Source: an uncultured Chloroflexia bacterium (GTDB lineage: Bacteria > Chloroflexota > Limnocylindria > Limnocylindrales > CSP1-4). From it: DNA of 64,000 nt. A program made the position numbers and the translations under genes. Of the stretch, positions 62,125 to 64,000 are shown in pieces (the first letter of the stretch is position 1; every line of letters starts with the position of its first letter). The stretch is from contig CAWEYL010000003.1 in the NCBI GenBank assembly GCA_963813335.1, positions 512,001 to 576,000 of the forward strand, given 5' to 3'. A model generated the notes under the pieces. That model was not told where the DNA came from. It ran no database searches and saw only the letters and a list, made by a program, of their open reading frames with translations.

Positions 62125-64000
62125 ATGGTCCTCGCTCAGGAGCCGCGCCGCCCACCCGGCTCTCGGGCCCGACCCCACCGTCCGCCGACCCGGCCGCGTC
62201 CGCTCGGCAAGGCCGAGGGGGGACCGGGTGCCGATGAGGCGACCCGCGCCGCCGCCCTGCGCCGGATCGTGGCCGAGGTCAGCAGCAGCCAGGACCTCGA
62301 TCGGCTGTTCGAGGAGGTCATCGACGCCTCGTTCACGCTGTTCGGCGCGGACCGGGCCGGGCTGTGGATCTACGACGATTCGCCCGCGCCCCTGAACCTC
62401 GCCGCGCAGCGCGGCCTGTCGAACGTGATGCTCGACCTGATCGCGAGCCTCCCACGCGACGCCCAGACGGTCGGCATGACCGCGCTGCGCGAGCGGCATG
62501 TCACGGTCCTCGCCGGCGAGCTCGAAGGGACGGTCCCGCGCCTCCAGCGGATGTACCGCGCCGAGGGCATCCGCTCGATGTGCTTTGTGCCGATCGTCTT
62601 CCGGGACGAGGTCCTCGGGCTGCTCGTCCTGTACCACCGGACGGACTACGAGTGGTCCGACGACGAGACCGATCTCGCCCGCTCGTTCGGCGATCACATC
62701 GCCGTTGCGATGCAGAACGCCAGGCTGGCCGAGTCCTCGCATGCCCTCGCCGAACGCCTCGGCGCCATCTCCGAGCTGGCCGTCCGGCTCAACCGGATCC
62801 ACGACATCGACGGCATCGCGGCGTCCATCGTCGGCGAGGCCGGCCGGCTCATCGACCACGACACCATCCGCGTCTACCGCGTCGACCACGCGGCCGGCGT
62901 CTGCGAGCCGATCGCCTTCCAGGGCACGTTCCTCGGCAGCAGCGACCCCGATCCCGACACCCTCCGCGTCGCGATCGGCGAGGGCCTGACCGGGTGGGTC
63001 GCGGAGCACAACCAGACGGTCCGCTCGGGCGATGCCGGCGCTGACCCGCGCGGCGTGGTCATGGGCTCCAACGATGAGCCCGAATCGATGCTCATCGTGC
63101 CGATGGCCTTCGAGGACGTCGTGCACGGCGTGGTCGTCGTCTCGAAACGCGGTCGCGACCGCTTCGACGCCGACGACGAGACCACCTTCGGGATCTTCGC
63201 GAGCTATGCGGCCCAGGCCCTGGTCAACGCCTCGAACGTGGGCCGCCTCAAGCTCCAGCAGGCCGAGCTGCACCACCAGCTCGCCAGCCAGCGCCGGCTG
63301 CTGGAGGTCAACGAGCGGCTGCTGTCGACGCTCGAGCCGAACAGCGTCCTCGACCTGATCGCCGATTCGCTGAAGGTGATCGTCCCGTACGACACGCTGA
63401 CCATCTACCGCGTCGACCGGGTCGCCGGCGTCCGCCGCGCGGTGATCGCCCGCGACCGCTTCGCCGACCTGATCCTCGCCCACGAGAGCCCGCTCGGCGT
63501 CGGGATCAGCGGTTGGGTCGTCGACCACGGTGAGGCCGTGCTGGCCAACGAGGCGCACCTCGATCCCCGCTCCGTCCAGGTGCCTGGGACCCCGTTCGAG
63601 CCGGAGTCGATGATCGTGGTCCCGCTGCTCGTCGGCGGCGAGGCCATCGGCACGCTCAACATCGGCCGGATGGGCGAGGCGGAGGCGTTCTTCAGCGCCA
63701 ACGAGTTCGACCTGACGAAGCTCTTCGCCGGGCAGGCCTCCATCGCGCTCCAGAATGCCGAGGCGCACGGCGAGGTGCGGGTCCGGGCGGAGCACGACGC
63801 CCTCACCGGCATCCGCAACCACGGCGCCTTCCAGGCCGACCTCGGCGACGCCGTGCGGGCGGGCGGCAGCGGCGGGCCGTTCGCGGTGCTGATGATGGAC
63901 CTCGATGCGTTCAAGGCCTTCAACGACACGCGCGGGCACCCCGCCGGGGACGCGCTGCTGACCGGCATCGCCCGGGTGATGAGCGCCGCCGTCCGCGACG
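62125..64000 (+). CDS. Multi-GAF diguanylate cyclase (3' truncated)
   Basis: Open frame from ATG 62125 with three GAF-like repeats, then HDALTG...MDLDAFKAFNDTRGHPAGD. Confidence 0.88.
   Translation, partial: MVLAQEPRRPPGSRARPHRPPTRPRPLGKAEGGPGADEATRAAALRRIVAEVSSSQDLDRLFEEVIDASFTLFGADRAGLWIYDDSPAPLNLAAQRGLSNVMLDLIASLPRDAQTVGMTALRERHVTVLAGELEGTVPRLQRMYRAEGIRSMCFVPIVFRDEVLGLLVLYHRTDYEWSDDETDLARSFGDHIAVAMQNARLAESSHALAERLGAISELAVRLNRIHDIDGIAASIVGEAGRLIDHDTIRVYRVDHAAGVCEPIAFQGTFLGSSDPDPDTLRVAIGEGLTGWVAEHNQTVRSGDAGADPRGVVMGSNDEPESMLIVPMAFEDVVHGVVVVSKRGRDRFDADDETTFGIFASYAAQALVNASNVGRLKLQQAELHHQLASQRRLLEVNERLLSTLEPNSVLDLIADSLKVIVPYDTLTIYRVDRVAGVRRAVIARDRFADLILAHESPLGVGISGWVVDHGEAVLANEAHLDPRSVQVPGTPFEPESMIVVPLLVGGEAIGTLNIGRMGEAEAFFSANEFDLTKLFAGQASIALQNAEAHGEVRVRAEHDALTGIRNHGAFQADLGDAVRAGGSGGPFAVLMMDLDAFKAFNDTRGHPAGDALLTGIARVMSAAVRD

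Overview
A very GC-rich bacterial chromosomal segment with about 55 genes. Gene style is compatible with Chloroflexota or Actinomycetota (inference only). No rRNA, tRNA, CRISPR array or transposase was seen. Many genes in the first ~44 kb are split by single-base indels, probably long-read consensus errors. Main modules: (1) sulfur: a sufU-moeZ-cysO-cysM-mec operon and a separate rrf2-sufC-sufS operon. Both carry the same IscR-like operator. A Cys-containing leader peptide (MTGIERRCRCRRPA) overlapping the sufU stop, followed by a terminator, forms a candidate cysteine-sensing attenuator. (2) A cobalamin-dependent demethylation cluster (corrinoid protein, DUF1638, PF13769 protein, pterin-binding methyltransferase, RACE activator, non-pyrrolysine MttB, MetF) with a divergent IclR. 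With soxBDAG, betaine aldehyde dehydrogenase, a betaine ABC transporter and a DMG dehydrogenase-like gene further right, it outlines a betaine-to-glycine route. (3) An unassigned catabolic island (XRE-cupin, atypical SDR, bicupin, sugar-type ABC, M24 enzyme with an altered metal site, ThDP E1 alpha/beta without E2/E3, HIBADH-like, amidohydrolase). (4) Two paralogous PotD-like ABC systems with structured leaders, several candidate structured RNAs and small ORFs, and a truncated GAF-GAF-GAF-GGDEF gene at the right end.
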